Assembly (NCBI RefSeq): GCF_018977255.1
Contig: NW_024704743.1
Span: forward strand, 32,056,001-32,120,000
Reading direction: 5' to 3'
From: Callorhinchus milii
Taxonomy: Eukaryota
Length of the DNA: 64,000 nucleotides
Positions within the stretch are counted from its first letter, which is position 1. The number at the start of each line of letters is the position of its first letter. A model generated the notes under the pieces. It saw nothing but the letters and a program-made list of their open reading frames with translations, was not told the origin of the DNA and made no database searches. This document shows, piece by piece, positions 52,034-63,570 of the stretch. A program made the translations under genes and the position numbers.

Positions 52034-53059
52034 AATACTGAACTGTAACCAGCAATACTGAGTTGCACTCAGTAGTCACGTTTCTAGATGCAAGTCTTGA
52101 TCTAATTCGATCACTTATCTATTGCTATGGCTTATCACACAACATGATAAAATTCAAAATTACGTGCTGTACCACTGCTGTGCAAACATATTGAAAATAA
52201 TCTAAACCTTCCCAAATCAGAGTGTGTTTTATTTCCAGCAGGCTAGTCCTTAAGGCAGCTAGGCTTGATTAATTTTCCAAACAATGGCTGAAGAAAGATC
52301 ACTGCCATCTCTTCGCTGTAACAAGAGGAATTATGTAGTGATCATGCATACAGGAGATGAACAGGATGGATGACTGTCAGCAATGTGTGCCTCGGGTGTG
52401 GCTGCAATAATTGATGCTCTGTGGAGATCTTGGTCAGACAATCTGTACGTGCCAGTGCTGCAGCCATTTTAACTATACAATATATAGCAACTTGCTTTAT
52501 ACATTCCGATTTTTTTGTGGTTGCACTTCCCCTTGAAGCATATCCCACCAAAGGCCAGACATTTTAATGATAAACTAAAATACAGATTGGCAAATTCTTG
52601 AAATCCTTTTGGCTGAGAGTATGGGTGCTGATGGCGGGTTCCACTCTGTAATTCGAGAATAAACTAAATTACCACAAGGCAATATTGCAGTTGCCTCAAT
52701 GTTTATCCACTCATGCTCATAATGAGCATGTTTTATGTTGCAATAAGAAGCAAGCACCTTTTTCCTTTCATATGGGATCATTTTTGCAATAAACGTCAAC
52801 AGTGATGCATATGCATGCCTGTGCATATAAAGTGATGTTGTGTGTTTAAGGTGCTGGAACAAATCAAATACCTTTAAAATGATGTTCATGGTTTAATTAC
52901 AAAAATTAAAGCTGTTGATATTGTGCAAGTTCAATCAAAGGTGAGGGCGTGGGTTGAAGTGCAGCTGTTATAGTCATGACATGATGAAGTGAGTCACTGA
53001 CTTACATGATCATGAATTAACACTATTGAGTGAAGAAGAAAACAATTTTATAATGTTAA

Positions 53060-54131
53060 AAATTGGGTTAGAGACGGAGGAAAAGCAGGCAGGTTGATAG
53101 GGTTTAAGAAGGTCACAGAAGTAGGCTGAGGCAAGACCATGGAGGGATTTAAAAGCAAGGATGAGGATAGTGAACTACATCCTCTGGGGGATGTGGAGCC
53201 AGGCAAGGATAGGATAGGAGAATCGACATTCAACTGGAGAAAACTGGCTTTCGTCCAGGACTTCCCGCACCAGGTTCCGCGACCCTATTACCCCCGCCTT
53301 CGTCCGACTCCAGCTTCCCATCAAACAGAGAATACGTTCAAGATCCTGGTCCTCACCTTTAAAGCCCTCCATGACCTTGCTCCCCCTACCTCTGTGACCT
53401 CCTATCCCGCTCCCTCCGCTCAGTGGGCTCCGGCCTGCTTCACGTCCTCTGCCTCACCCACCCCACAATTGCCGTGCGGGCCTTCAGCCACTCTGCCCCC
53501 ACCCTCTGGAACTCCATTCCGCAGTCCCTCCGCCTCGCCCCCTTATTTGCCTCCTTCAAGACCCATCTCAAGACCCTCCTCTTTGACCGTGCCTTTGATC
53601 ACCCTCCTTTCTCCTCCTGCCCTCCACCCTCCCCGACCCACAGCCCGGGTCCAAAACACTGATTGTCCAGCTCTTGGGACGTCCTCCCAATGTGAAAGGT
53701 GCTATATACAAATGTAATTTTGTTGTTGTTGTTGATGTCTGACAGACAACCCGTCAGGACAGCAGTGTCCTGGAGTTGACTGGCAGAAAAATAGAGTTGG
53801 GTGTCATTCACATGTGGAAGTTAACCCCAGGTCTGCAGACGATATCACCGAGCGGGAGTATGTAAATATGAAAGATGAGGGGAACGAGGCCAGAGCCCTG
53901 AGGAATGACGCACATGACGGTGCGAGGACTGGAGGAGAAGACGTCAGTGGATATCAAGTGGAGATGATGGGAAAGGTACGAGGGAAACCAGGCAAGAGCA
54001 GAGCCACAAAGGGTAGAGTTGAGAGGAGAGGTGGTGAAGAAGAATAGAGTGGTCAACGGTGTCAAAGGCAGCGGAGAGATGGAGAAGGATGAGACAGAGA
54101 GAGATCTGGTCACAGATGGACAGAATATCAT
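53060..54131 (-). mobile_element. Decayed minus-strand L2 interrupted by a plus-strand L2 3' fragment (53245-53734)
   Basis: Minus pieces encode VIPQGSGL..., GVNFHM and LHIPQR...; the plus piece encodes LWNSIPQSLRLAPLFASFKTHLKTLLFDRAF and carries a tail. Confidence 0.85.
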
Positions 54132-54132
54132 T

Positions 54133-54883
54133 TACAATCCATACAGTTAGTGCATATAATCTATATTATCACATATAATCCATAGTGTGTGTATATAATC
54201 TATATCATATAATCTATACATGATCTATGATCATGTTATTATACATGATCATAGTTAGTGTATATAATCTATATTATCGTATATAATCCAGTTGGTGTGT
54301 GTAATCCATGGTGTTTATGATATATATTATCATATATAATCGAGTTAGTATATATAATCCAGTTAGTGTATATGGTCCGTAGTTAGTGTATATAATCCAT
54401 AGTTAGTGAGTATAATCCATAGTCAGTGTATATAATCCATTGTGTATATAATCCAGTTAGCGTATATAATCCATGGCTAGTGTATACAATCTATATCATA
54501 TATAATCCATAATTATATATAATCCATGGTTAGTGTATATCTCCGTATTATCATGTACAATCTAGTTAGTGTATATGATCCATACCTTTTCTGTATATAA
54601 TCCACAGTTAGTGTATATAATCTATATTACCAAACATTATCATAGTGTATATAATCCATAGTTAGTGTATATAATCCATGGTGTACATAATCCATAGTTA
54701 GTTCTTATAATCTATATTATCATATATGATCCAGTCAGTATATATAATCCATAGTCAGTGCATATAATCCATAGTCAGTGTATATATTCTATATTATCAT
54801 ATACAATCCATACAGTTGGTGTATATAATCCATAATTAGTGTATATAATCTCTATTATCATATATAATCCATACAGTTAGTGT
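54133..54883. repeat. AT-rich minisatellite (~20-bp unit CATAGTTAGTGTATATAATC interleaved with TATATTATCATATATAATC)
   Basis: Repeated variant units over about 750 bp, ending about 90 bp before the DEK CCAAT box. Confidence 0.92.
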
Positions 54884-54939
54884 GTCGATCCTGACTGGAC
54901 TGAGTATATCGACTGAGTACATCCTCCTCGTTGTCAGGG

Positions 54940-55016
54940 TTACGCCTGAACCCGCCTCTTCCTCCTCTTTCATTGGCCGCCGTTTTCCCGCGTACGCCAC
55001 GACCGCCATTTTGAAA
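54940..55016 (+). promoter_or_regulatory. DEK: DEK core promoter: inverted CCAAT, E2F, YY1 and CHR-like motifs in a CpG-rich block
   Basis: ATTGG 54972-54976; TTTCCCGC 54984-54991; CCGCCATTTT 55003-55012; TTTGAA 55010-55015. Confidence 0.8.
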
Positions 55017-55058
55017 CGAACGGCCTGAGCGCGAGCGGAGTGAACCCGTAACCGTCAG
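55000..55058 (+). other. DEK: DEK non-coding exon 1 (TSS approximate)
   Basis: CpG-rich, ATG-free segment ending in donor CAG|gtaagg at 55058/55059. DEK exon 2 has an acceptor 14 nt before its ATG, so an upstream exon is required. Confidence 0.75.
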
Positions 55059-55069
55059 GTAAGGAGCCC

Positions 55070-55440
55070 GGGGCCCAGCGCGGAGCTCCCGGTGTGTGTG
55101 TGGGAGGGGGGACGGGACACAGAACGCGGGGCCCAGCGCGGAGCTCCCGGTGTGTGTGGGGGGGGGGACACAGAGCGCGGGGCCCAGCGCGGAGCTCCCG
55201 GTGTGTGTGTGTGTGAGGGAGAGAGAGCGCGGGGCCCAGCGCGGAGCTCCCGGTGTGTGTGTGTGTGTGAGGGAGAGAGAGCGCGGGGCCCAGCGCGGAG
55301 CTCCCGGTGTGTGTGTGTGTGTGAGGGAGAGAGAGCGCGGGGCCCAGCGCGGAGCTCCCGGTGTGTGTGGTGGGGGGGACACAGAGCGCGGGGCCCAGCG
55401 CGGAGCTCCGGTGTGTGTGTGGGGGAGAGAGAGCGCGGCG
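55070..55440. repeat. GC-rich minisatellite, 7 units of ~51-58 bp
   Basis: Core GGGGCCCAGCGCGGAGCTCCCGG followed by variable (TG)n and (GA)n/G-runs; units start at ~55070, 55128, 55179, 55231, 55285, 55339 and 55390. Confidence 0.95.
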
Positions 55441-55700
55441 CCCGGTGAAGGAGGGTTTACTTGTTAAGGTCAGAGCTGCTGCTGACAGACTGAAGCCAGT
55501 CTCAGCCTCGCCCCTGAGCTGTGTTGCCCACCGGGAAGCTCCCGGGGAGCTGCTGGTACCTACCATCCACCCAGTGCCGCCGGCTCAGCCCTGAGCTTGT
55601 CAGATGCCAAATGATCAGCCAGTGACTGTGCTCCTGGTGGGGGGTGGGGACGAGGGACGAGAGGGAGAAGGTAAGTGTCGTCTCCTTGGAGCTGAACTGG

Positions 55701-55930
55701 CACACAGCCTAATAATAACCCCTCCAAAAACCCCCAAACAATAATAAAATTGGTCATTTTCAATCCACGACTGTTTGTGGGGACATTGCTGTGCGCGATT
55801 GGCTGCCGCGTTTCGCCCACAAATAGACAGTCAATTCACTTCGCAGTGTGTTCTGCGAAGCGCTTTGGGACGTCCTCCCGACGGGAAAAGCGCTATATCA
55901 AATGCGAGGATTATTATTATTATTATTATT
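55701..55930 (+). mobile_element. 5'-truncated SINE (short subfamily), CpG-retaining, in DEK intron 1
   Basis: Body and tail with L2-type loop (gggacgtcctcccgacgg) and long (ATT)n. Confidence 0.9.
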
Positions 55931-57883
55931 AGAGTGTCAGAGCGAGCCAGCCCTCTGGGGCGGTCTCCAGTCTGGTTCCTGAGCCAGGAGGGTCCGCAGT
56001 ATTCCACGTCCGGGATGACCGACTCGCAGCCCGTGCGTGGCCCGCATTACGCAAGCGTGGAATAGTCACGGATGCTGCAAGTTGGCCATCCCTGCTACAA
56101 GGCACAGCCGCCGAGCCAGCCTGGCTCTTCAGGGCGACTTAAAGCAGAAAACTGGGTGATTCTTCCCATTCTCCCGGCAAACAAAGCAAAGCCCCAACGG
56201 GTCCCGGTGGTCTGAGCAGGACAAACAGCAAGAAGCTTACCCGGCAGTGCTCTCAATGGCAAGCTATGCTGTGTTAGATGGCTAAACTCCAGCAGTACCC
56301 TAAGCCACACTCTGGTGTCTTCAAGCTTTGGCTCTCGGTAACCTGTGCCTAATATTTCCCAGTGTCAAATATGCAGATTCAGGGAAATCAAAGGTAGCAT
56401 TCCTATGTGGAACTCTTATGGCTTAGGTCCTCTTAAGCGGCATGATAGATTTCCCCTTTCAGGCTAACCAATTTTTTTTGGGGGGGAGTAATCAACAAAT
56501 GTTCGTTTGAAAGGTGGGAGATCTTTGCCGTGTACTTGTCCTCTTGGTTTGAGAAATCTGCAAAGTCGAATGTTTGATTTATCGTATCATATTATTTTGG
56601 ATGGGTAATGGCAGAAGAAATTGTTTTAAAAGCAGGGCTTGGTAATTTCAAGTTGTGGCATTGTTTGCAAATTTTGAAGTTAGTAGTTTTATTAATGTGG
56701 GTTTCACTTGTTTTGCTTTTGATTGTGTAGAGTTGTGTATTTTATTTGGAAATGCAGCAGCAATTTAATGCACAACAAAGTTCTACAAACAGCCATGATT
56801 AATAATTCTGGAAAATTGTCAGCCAGAGTGCACTCTTTTCAAATAGTGTCATTATAAATTCATGCAGTTTTTTTTAACTGTAAATTGTAGTGACTGTTTG
56901 TAGGCGACATTTGAACAGCCATAAAGTGAATGATTAATTAATCTGGATAATTGCTCTGGAGGATAGTTATCCAGGACACTGGCAGAAACAATTTTCTCTT
57001 TTTGAATAGTGTCATCGCATCCTTAATGTCCACCCAAAGAGTGGGACCTCTGTTTATATGACATCCAAAGGATGGCACCTGCAACATTGCACATTGTAAC
57101 TTTGCAGCAATACATTGGAATCTGGACTAATCTGAAATGGGTCTTGAACCCACAACCTCTTATTTAGAGTCAAGCATGCTTTCAATTGAACCAGGCTGAT
57201 ACCAAATATATTTCTCCAACCTTAATGTGAGACAGAACTAATTTGAAATACTTGCTTTTTGAGATTATGTTTAAATCATTGTAATACTCTATCGATGAAC
57301 TTTAATATTTCTGGCATATTGTATCTGGGTCTCAGTAATTTTCTACTTCACACAATGTACATTGAAGAATTTACATGCAATATTAATCAGTGTGCCAGTT
57401 GTCCTATTAAAATTAAATTACTGAACTCTATAAACAGTTTGTCTATCAATATATAATATGACATTGGCAGCCTAGTGATACTGAATTACACTTTGCAGAG
57501 CAGTGGTGTACTGAAATCCAACATTTGCCTGTTGTGTATTTATAGGCAAAGATTAACTGCATATTCATGGCAAAACATTAACTCTAAATTGGTAACAGCC
57601 AGAGTAGATTGGACAATTACTTATAGGATTTGCATTATATGATGTATTGCAGGGTGATTTTCACATGGACCTTGATGCTTCACTATTTCGCAGTTTATAC
57701 TGGTATCTCTATCTCTAGCCTGACCAAAGTAGTAAAATCAGTAATCAGACCTGTTATAGTCATTATAAGGTAGTCTTGTGTGCCACAACTTCAGAGTTGC
57801 AGTTTCTGATGCCATCTGAACCCCAACAAGTCGAGGGCCAAGAGACAAATTTGTTATTGTTATTTGTAAATAACAGTATTCAA

Positions 57884-58319
57884 GAATTCAAGATCCTCAT
57901 CCTGACCTACAAGGCCATTCACGGCCTCGGTCCCTCCTACCTCTCCGACCTACTATCCCCCTACCTACCCGTACCCTCCGTTCCTCTGGCTCCGGTCTGC
58001 TCCACGTCCCCCGCCCCAACCGCCCTACCATCGGTGGACGGGCCTTCAGCCTCTCAGCCCCGAGGCTCTGGAACTCCATCCCCCAGTGCCTTCGCCGCCT
58101 CCTCCCTTTCCTCCTTCAAGGCCGGTCTCAAAACCTTTCTCTTTGACCGTGCCTTCAGCTCCCCTCTCGACTCTCTTCCTCCTCCTCCTCGCTCCCTCCC
58201 TTCCCTCCCCTCACCCTGACCATTTCCCTTCTGCTCGGGTCCTGACCCAACTGTACAGCGCCTTGGGACGTCCTCCCGACGTGAAAGGCGCTCTATAAAT
58301 GGAATCTTGTTGTTGTTGT
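57884..58319 (+). mobile_element. Young 5'-truncated L2 in DEK intron 1
   Basis: Very similar to the 3' 430 bp of the 8995-10770 copy; stem-loop 58257-58292 and (GTT)n tail. Confidence 0.93.
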
Positions 58320-58825
58320 AAAGTCCAAGTTGAATTATAAACTCGTGCCATAAAATTTAGGGAAGCAAAATTTAATTGGCAACTTTCATTAATAGTGGTT
58401 AAATGAGCCCTGCGTGTTTTTCAAATCTGGAACCTATTGAATTACTGCACAGTTATCAGTTACAGCACTGAAACAGACCATTCGGTCCAACTAGTCTGTG
58501 TCAGTGTATTCCACATGAGCCTCCAATCCCTCTAATCCTTTTTCTTTTACCCCTCTGTTCACTACTTACTGTATGCATCAAGTTTTGCTCTTGAACACAT
58601 TGCTGCTTTTTGCTTCAGTCACAGCGTATTGCAGATTTTAACTTGGCACATTTGAAGGGCAGCCATGTCTAAGCGTTCTGTTAGTATATGTGCAGTATAT
58701 TTAAACAGAACAGTCTGAGAATGTAGAAGCAGAACAGTCAAGAGGGAAGTCTGAAGGGAGAAGAATCTGAGAATCCTGATGCTATCATTACAATTGTGTA
58801 TACTTTGTAATAAATCTTGATTTTT

Positions 58826-59198
58826 GTGAAGTCCTGTAGCTCAGTGGTTAGAGCACTCGCTTTGCAAGCGAGAGACCTGAGTTCAATTCCCGGCAGGACG
58901 AAATGTTGGGCAAGTTTCCTTATTCCACAAGCCTGTTTACCTTGCGGTAAGTGGGAATCTGATTGTTAGTCGATTAGCAGATCGCTTTTCAGGGGGGAGT
59001 AATTAAAAATAATAAAAATAATAATAAATCGGTCACTTCAATCCACGATTTTTTGTGGGACATTGCTGCGCACAATTGACTGCCTGGTTCTCCCACATAA
59101 TATTACAGTCAATTCACTTCACAGTATATTCTGTGAGGCGCTTTGAGATGTCTCAAAGACATGATAAAGCGCTATATCAAATGCAAGGATTATTATTT
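58826..59198 (+). mobile_element. tRNA(Ala)-headed SINE, long subfamily
   Basis: Full length; head folds as a cloverleaf (GTCCTG...CAGGAC acceptor; CTCGC-TTTGCAA-GCGAG anticodon arm). Confidence 0.92.
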
Positions 59199-60849
59199 AG
59201 TCTTCTTGATAACACATCATTACATTTTTGAAAGATGGTAACCAGAAATTGTATGTCCAGACTGTTATTAGAGGTTGAATTTTTTTTATCATCAGCTAAA
59301 CTGAAAGTCAGAGTAGAAATATTTGTTAGCAATTGGTTACTTAGGAGGTCTGCTTAATTACCCATTGCAATACCATAACAAACTACAGTAATATGGTCTC
59401 TGGAGGAGCTTCTGATTGTGGGAATAAATTAGGGTTTCCTTGTTTTCCACCTTTATTCAACATATCCACATGCTCTATTAAGTTCCCCTTATACTAAAGT
59501 TAAGGATATGCTATTGAGCCATGTGCATTAAACCTAATTTATCAAAACACCATCTGTAATAACAAAGTGAGATTGTCTGCTTACCTGAGTGAGCGAAAGA
59601 AGAAAGCAGCATTTAATGGGAATTATTTCATAATGAAAGTATTCATACTTACCTGAAAAGTTTCAATTGCATTGACCTTTAATAGTAAAAGTACAGTTTT
59701 CTGGTAGTTAGTGGCCTTGTTTAATGGTTTCATTTCTGGTGCATGCAAAAAATTAAGAATGTAATGAAACTTGTCTAATTATGTAAATCAGTTTAGTGCG
59801 TGATGTTGCAATGTAAAATTTGCATGTCTCATGCAGTATTTTAGAAACTTAAATATGTGTACAAGACAAGTGCTTCCCTGACTAGTACAGTATGATGTAT
59901 TTTGCAGGTCTCAAAGATTCATTAACTGCTTATGTTATTCTTCACTAGGAGACTGGTTGATAGGTAATTTTTAACAAATTGTTAGAAGCAAAATGGACAA
60001 TTAATTGTATGACATTGACTAATAAATAATAAAGCTCTACAACAGAGAGTCTGATCAACTTCATAGACTTTTGTGAGCAGGTGTCTTTCCAATTTTAGAT
60101 TGGGAAGACGAATAACATGGTGACCGTAGCCTTCTGAAAGGCTTTTAATAAAAAAAAAGAGACTGCTTTTACATGGTAATATTACTGGATATCAGGTCCT
60201 ATAAAATATTAAATGGGATTTAAAGAGTATGCCAGAATAATGCTTTAAGAGCACGCATCATCAACAACAACAAATTGCATTTACGTAGTGCCTTTCATGT
60301 CGGGAGGACATGAAAGGCACAAGGTTCTGAACAGTAAAGGATTTGCATCCAAGCCGGGGGTTGAAATCTAGAGGGGTGGAGGACAAGGGGGTGGGAGATG
60401 TGAAAGGCAAATTCAGGACAGATGCCAAGAAGTACAATTTTTTTTTTACGCGAGTGTAATTAACGACTGGAATGGGTTCCAAGGAAGGATGATTGAGACC
60501 AAGATGCTGGATTTATTTAAGAAATAACTTGATACTGAAATGGGAAGGAGGTAGGCTGAGAAAGTACTCTAGAAGTAGTGATCAAGTGGGCTGAAGGCTC
60601 TCCTTCATTTGAACTTCTCTTGTGATGCATCATCAGATATCCATTCTTAAACTGGCCAAATTAATGTGCAGTAGAATATCTTGTTTTCTGAATGAATGGT
60701 GGATGTGCCCCCCTCCCCTCTGTGATGGTGAAAACAATAATTTCCCAAAATATGATTTGGTTGAAATAAATCTGTATAATCACTCAACTATATATACAAC
60801 ACTATTTCCTGCTACAAAGATAATGCTCTGAAGCGTGGCGAGCTCTAGT

Positions 60850-62489
60850 TTATTAACCGGCTCCTCCGCCCACCCTCTCACGCCTCGCACATCTCACCCT
60901 CAAGGCCAACCTCGAGGCGACGTTGGACTTCCTTGAAACCAAAATCAAGGGGATCCACTCAGCTGCCTCTGCCCTTCAGTCTACTACCCTCTCCCCATCT
61001 CCCCCTCACACCCCGGCCCCTGCCCCTACCCATCCCTCCTTCCACACCTTCGAACCTGTCTCCTACTCCTCTCTCACCACCACTGTAACCCGCATGACAC
61101 CGAGCATCTGCTTCCTCAACCCAATCCCCACCTCTCTTACCTCCCAGCTCCACCTCCTTGACCCTCTACTCACAGACTTCATAAACCTATCCCTGTCCAC
61201 TGGCACCGTTCCCATCCCTTTTTTTTTAAAAAAAGAGTCATCACTCCTACCTTTATTTAAAAAGAAACACACCCTGGACCCATTCCTGCTCTCAAACTAC
61301 CATTCCATCTCGAACCTCCCTTTCCTTTCCAAGGTCCTGGAACAAGTCGTTGCTACCCAGCCTTGCTCCTTCCTCTCCCGCCACTCCCTTTACGAGCCCC
61401 ACCGATCGGGTTTCCGTGCCGCTCACAGCACAGAGACAGCTCTGGTCAAAGTGGCAAATTACATTCCGTCTGTCTGCCTCCTCCGTCCTCCTTGACCTCT
61501 CTACTGCCTTCGATACCGTTGACCATTCTATCATCATCCACTGCTTCTCCTCTCACCTCAACCGTTTGTGGAAATGAAGTGGAGATGGTGTGAATGGTTC
61601 TGATCGTACCTCTCACACCGTCTCCATTTCGTCTCCACAAACGGTTTCTCCTCTACCCACCGCACCGTCTCATGCGACATTCCTCAGGGTTCTGTCTTGG
61701 TCTCCTCCTCTTCAACATATATGTGCTCCCTCTTGGTGACATCATCCAGGCATGGGGCCAGCTGTATTTCTCTGCCTCCTCCCTTAACTCCAGGACCACT
61801 GCTGTCCTGACAGGATGTCTGTCAGACATCAAGTCCTGGATGAGAGCCAACTTTCTTCAGTTGAACGTCAACAAGACCGAAACTCTCCTGATTGGTTCCC
61901 GTCAGCGCCTCCTCACCTCAGGCGCTGACAACATCACCAACCATGGTTGCACACTCCACCTTACTAAGCCAGTCCAGAACATTGGCATCACACACCACAA
62001 GTGTCGAAACCCTCATACACACATTGATAACATCGAGGCTTGACTATGCAAACTCCCTGCTTGTCACCCCCCCAACTCCTCCCTCCATAGGCTGCGGATC
62101 ATCCAGAACTCTGCAGCCCATGTTCTCTCCCACACCAGGCTCCGAGACCCTATCACCCCCATCCTCACCCGACTCCACTGGCTTCCCATCACACCGAGGA
62201 TACAGTTCAAGATCCTGGTCCTTTTAATGTCCCCCGTCTTGCCCACCCCACCATTGATGGATGAGCCTCCAGCCACTCTGCTCCCACACTCTGAAGCTCT
62301 GTTCCCCCTCCTTGCCTCCTTCAAGACCCATCTCAAGACCCTCTTCGACTGTGCCTTATATCATCTCCCTTTCCCCCTGCCCTCCCCGATCCTGACCCCA
62401 GCTCGGGTCCGAAACACCTCCTGTCCAGCCCCTTGGAAAGTCCTCCCAACTTGAAAGGCGCTATACAAATGTAATTTTGTTGTTGTTGT
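60850..62489 (+). mobile_element. Decayed L2 ending about 100 bp before DEK exon 2
   Basis: Frameshifted RT pieces ([36 protein letters not shown]) and tail. Confidence 0.92.
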
Positions 62490-62599
62490 CATCACGTCAT
62501 CGAGATATCTCAAAGCACTTTTATTGTGAAGTGTATTTGTAGGCTACTAATTGTGTAACTTAGGATGATTTTTGTTTATTGATAGGTTTATATTCTGAT

Positions 62600-62768
62600 A
62601 TGTCAACTGGAATTGAAAGTTCAAAAATGGATTCACTTGCTAAAGGCGATAATGCTGAAGGAACAAAGGAGAAAACCAAGGCTGGTAAATCTACAAAGGA
62701 AGTAGAAGAAAAGGATGTAAAATCGGAAGAGAGTGAAGAGGAAGAGGAGGAGGAGGAGGAGGAGAGGG
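62600..62768 (+). CDS. DEK: DEK coding exon 1 (exon 2; acidic N-terminus); exon starts at 62586
   Basis: MSTGIESSK...KSEESEEEEEEEEEER+G; acceptor ttgatag at 62585, donor gtatag at 62769, phase 1. The EESEEEE acidic tract resembles the DEK N-terminus. Confidence 0.88.
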
Positions 62769-62860
62769 GTATAGTGTAAATCAATACTTTTGTTTTGAAA
62801 CAAGTTGAGAATTGGTTGCTTTCTATTGGGAAATCATTGATCACTTTATTAATGTTGCAG

Positions 62861-62974
62861 TTGGATTGCTGGAAAGAAGTCCCATTGTGGAAGGGAAAAG
62901 GGAAAAGAAAAAGGTGGAAAGACTTACATTACAAGTGACGCCTTCTGCAAAAGAAACGTTTAGTATTCCTGAAG
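62861..62974 (+). CDS. DEK: DEK exon 3
   Basis: (V)GLLERSPIVEGKREKKKVERLTLQVTPSAKETFSIPE(G). IVEGKREKKKVERLT is the DEK signature; gttgcag acceptor, gtaagc donor. Confidence 0.95.
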
Positions 62975-63570
62975 GTAAGCATTTAACAAGTAGTTGGTGA
63001 AAAGTAAATCTCCTACATGGCTGCTCCATTAGATTTGGACCTCTGGGACATCAAAGTGGCTAGCATGTTGCCCTATATATATGTGCTTCCACCAAGCTGG
63101 AGGTAGATGTCCATCAAATAACTGAAGAGGAAACTAAGGCTTGGGATGAGAGCTGCTAGCACACATTGCTTGGTGTCTGGGTTCATGAACACCCACTTGT
63201 ACATCCAGGGCTTGATACCTATCTTGTATGCAGTGAGGTAAGCAGCTACTGTTGAAGTTCCACATTTTCAACGAGTGGAACTGTCACTCAATGTGTAGGA
63301 TTGTGGGTCTAGGCTTTAATTGGGATGTTGCTGCTCACCATGCTATTCCTGGGGAGTTTCTGGTATCTGCTGCCAACTAGATAGGATTCAAGCATGTTTG
63401 TCAAAAGTCAAATTACCAAATCAATCCCCAAGCCAATGGTCAAATGTTTCTAAACAATATTTTTTTTGTTTTTTTTTACTTAAATGTTACTACAAAATGT
63501 GCATTATTTATGCTTTGCATTGATCTTGAGAATAAGAGTAACATTGAGGCATTTTTGTTTTCATGTATAG

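Noticed and set aside
55070..55440. Constant repeat with variable spacers, superficially CRISPR-like
   Set aside because: The spacers are related (TG)n/(GA)n variants of each other, the context is a vertebrate intron, and there are no cas genes; it is a minisatellite.
54858..55566. 174-aa and 198-aa minus-strand ORFs and overlapping plus ORFs
   Set aside because: Translations of the GC-rich minisatellite, which lacks stops by composition.
58826..58905. SINE heads as genuine tRNA-Ala genes
   Set aside because: Each continues into the SINE body and tail, and copies carry scattered stem or B-box mutations.
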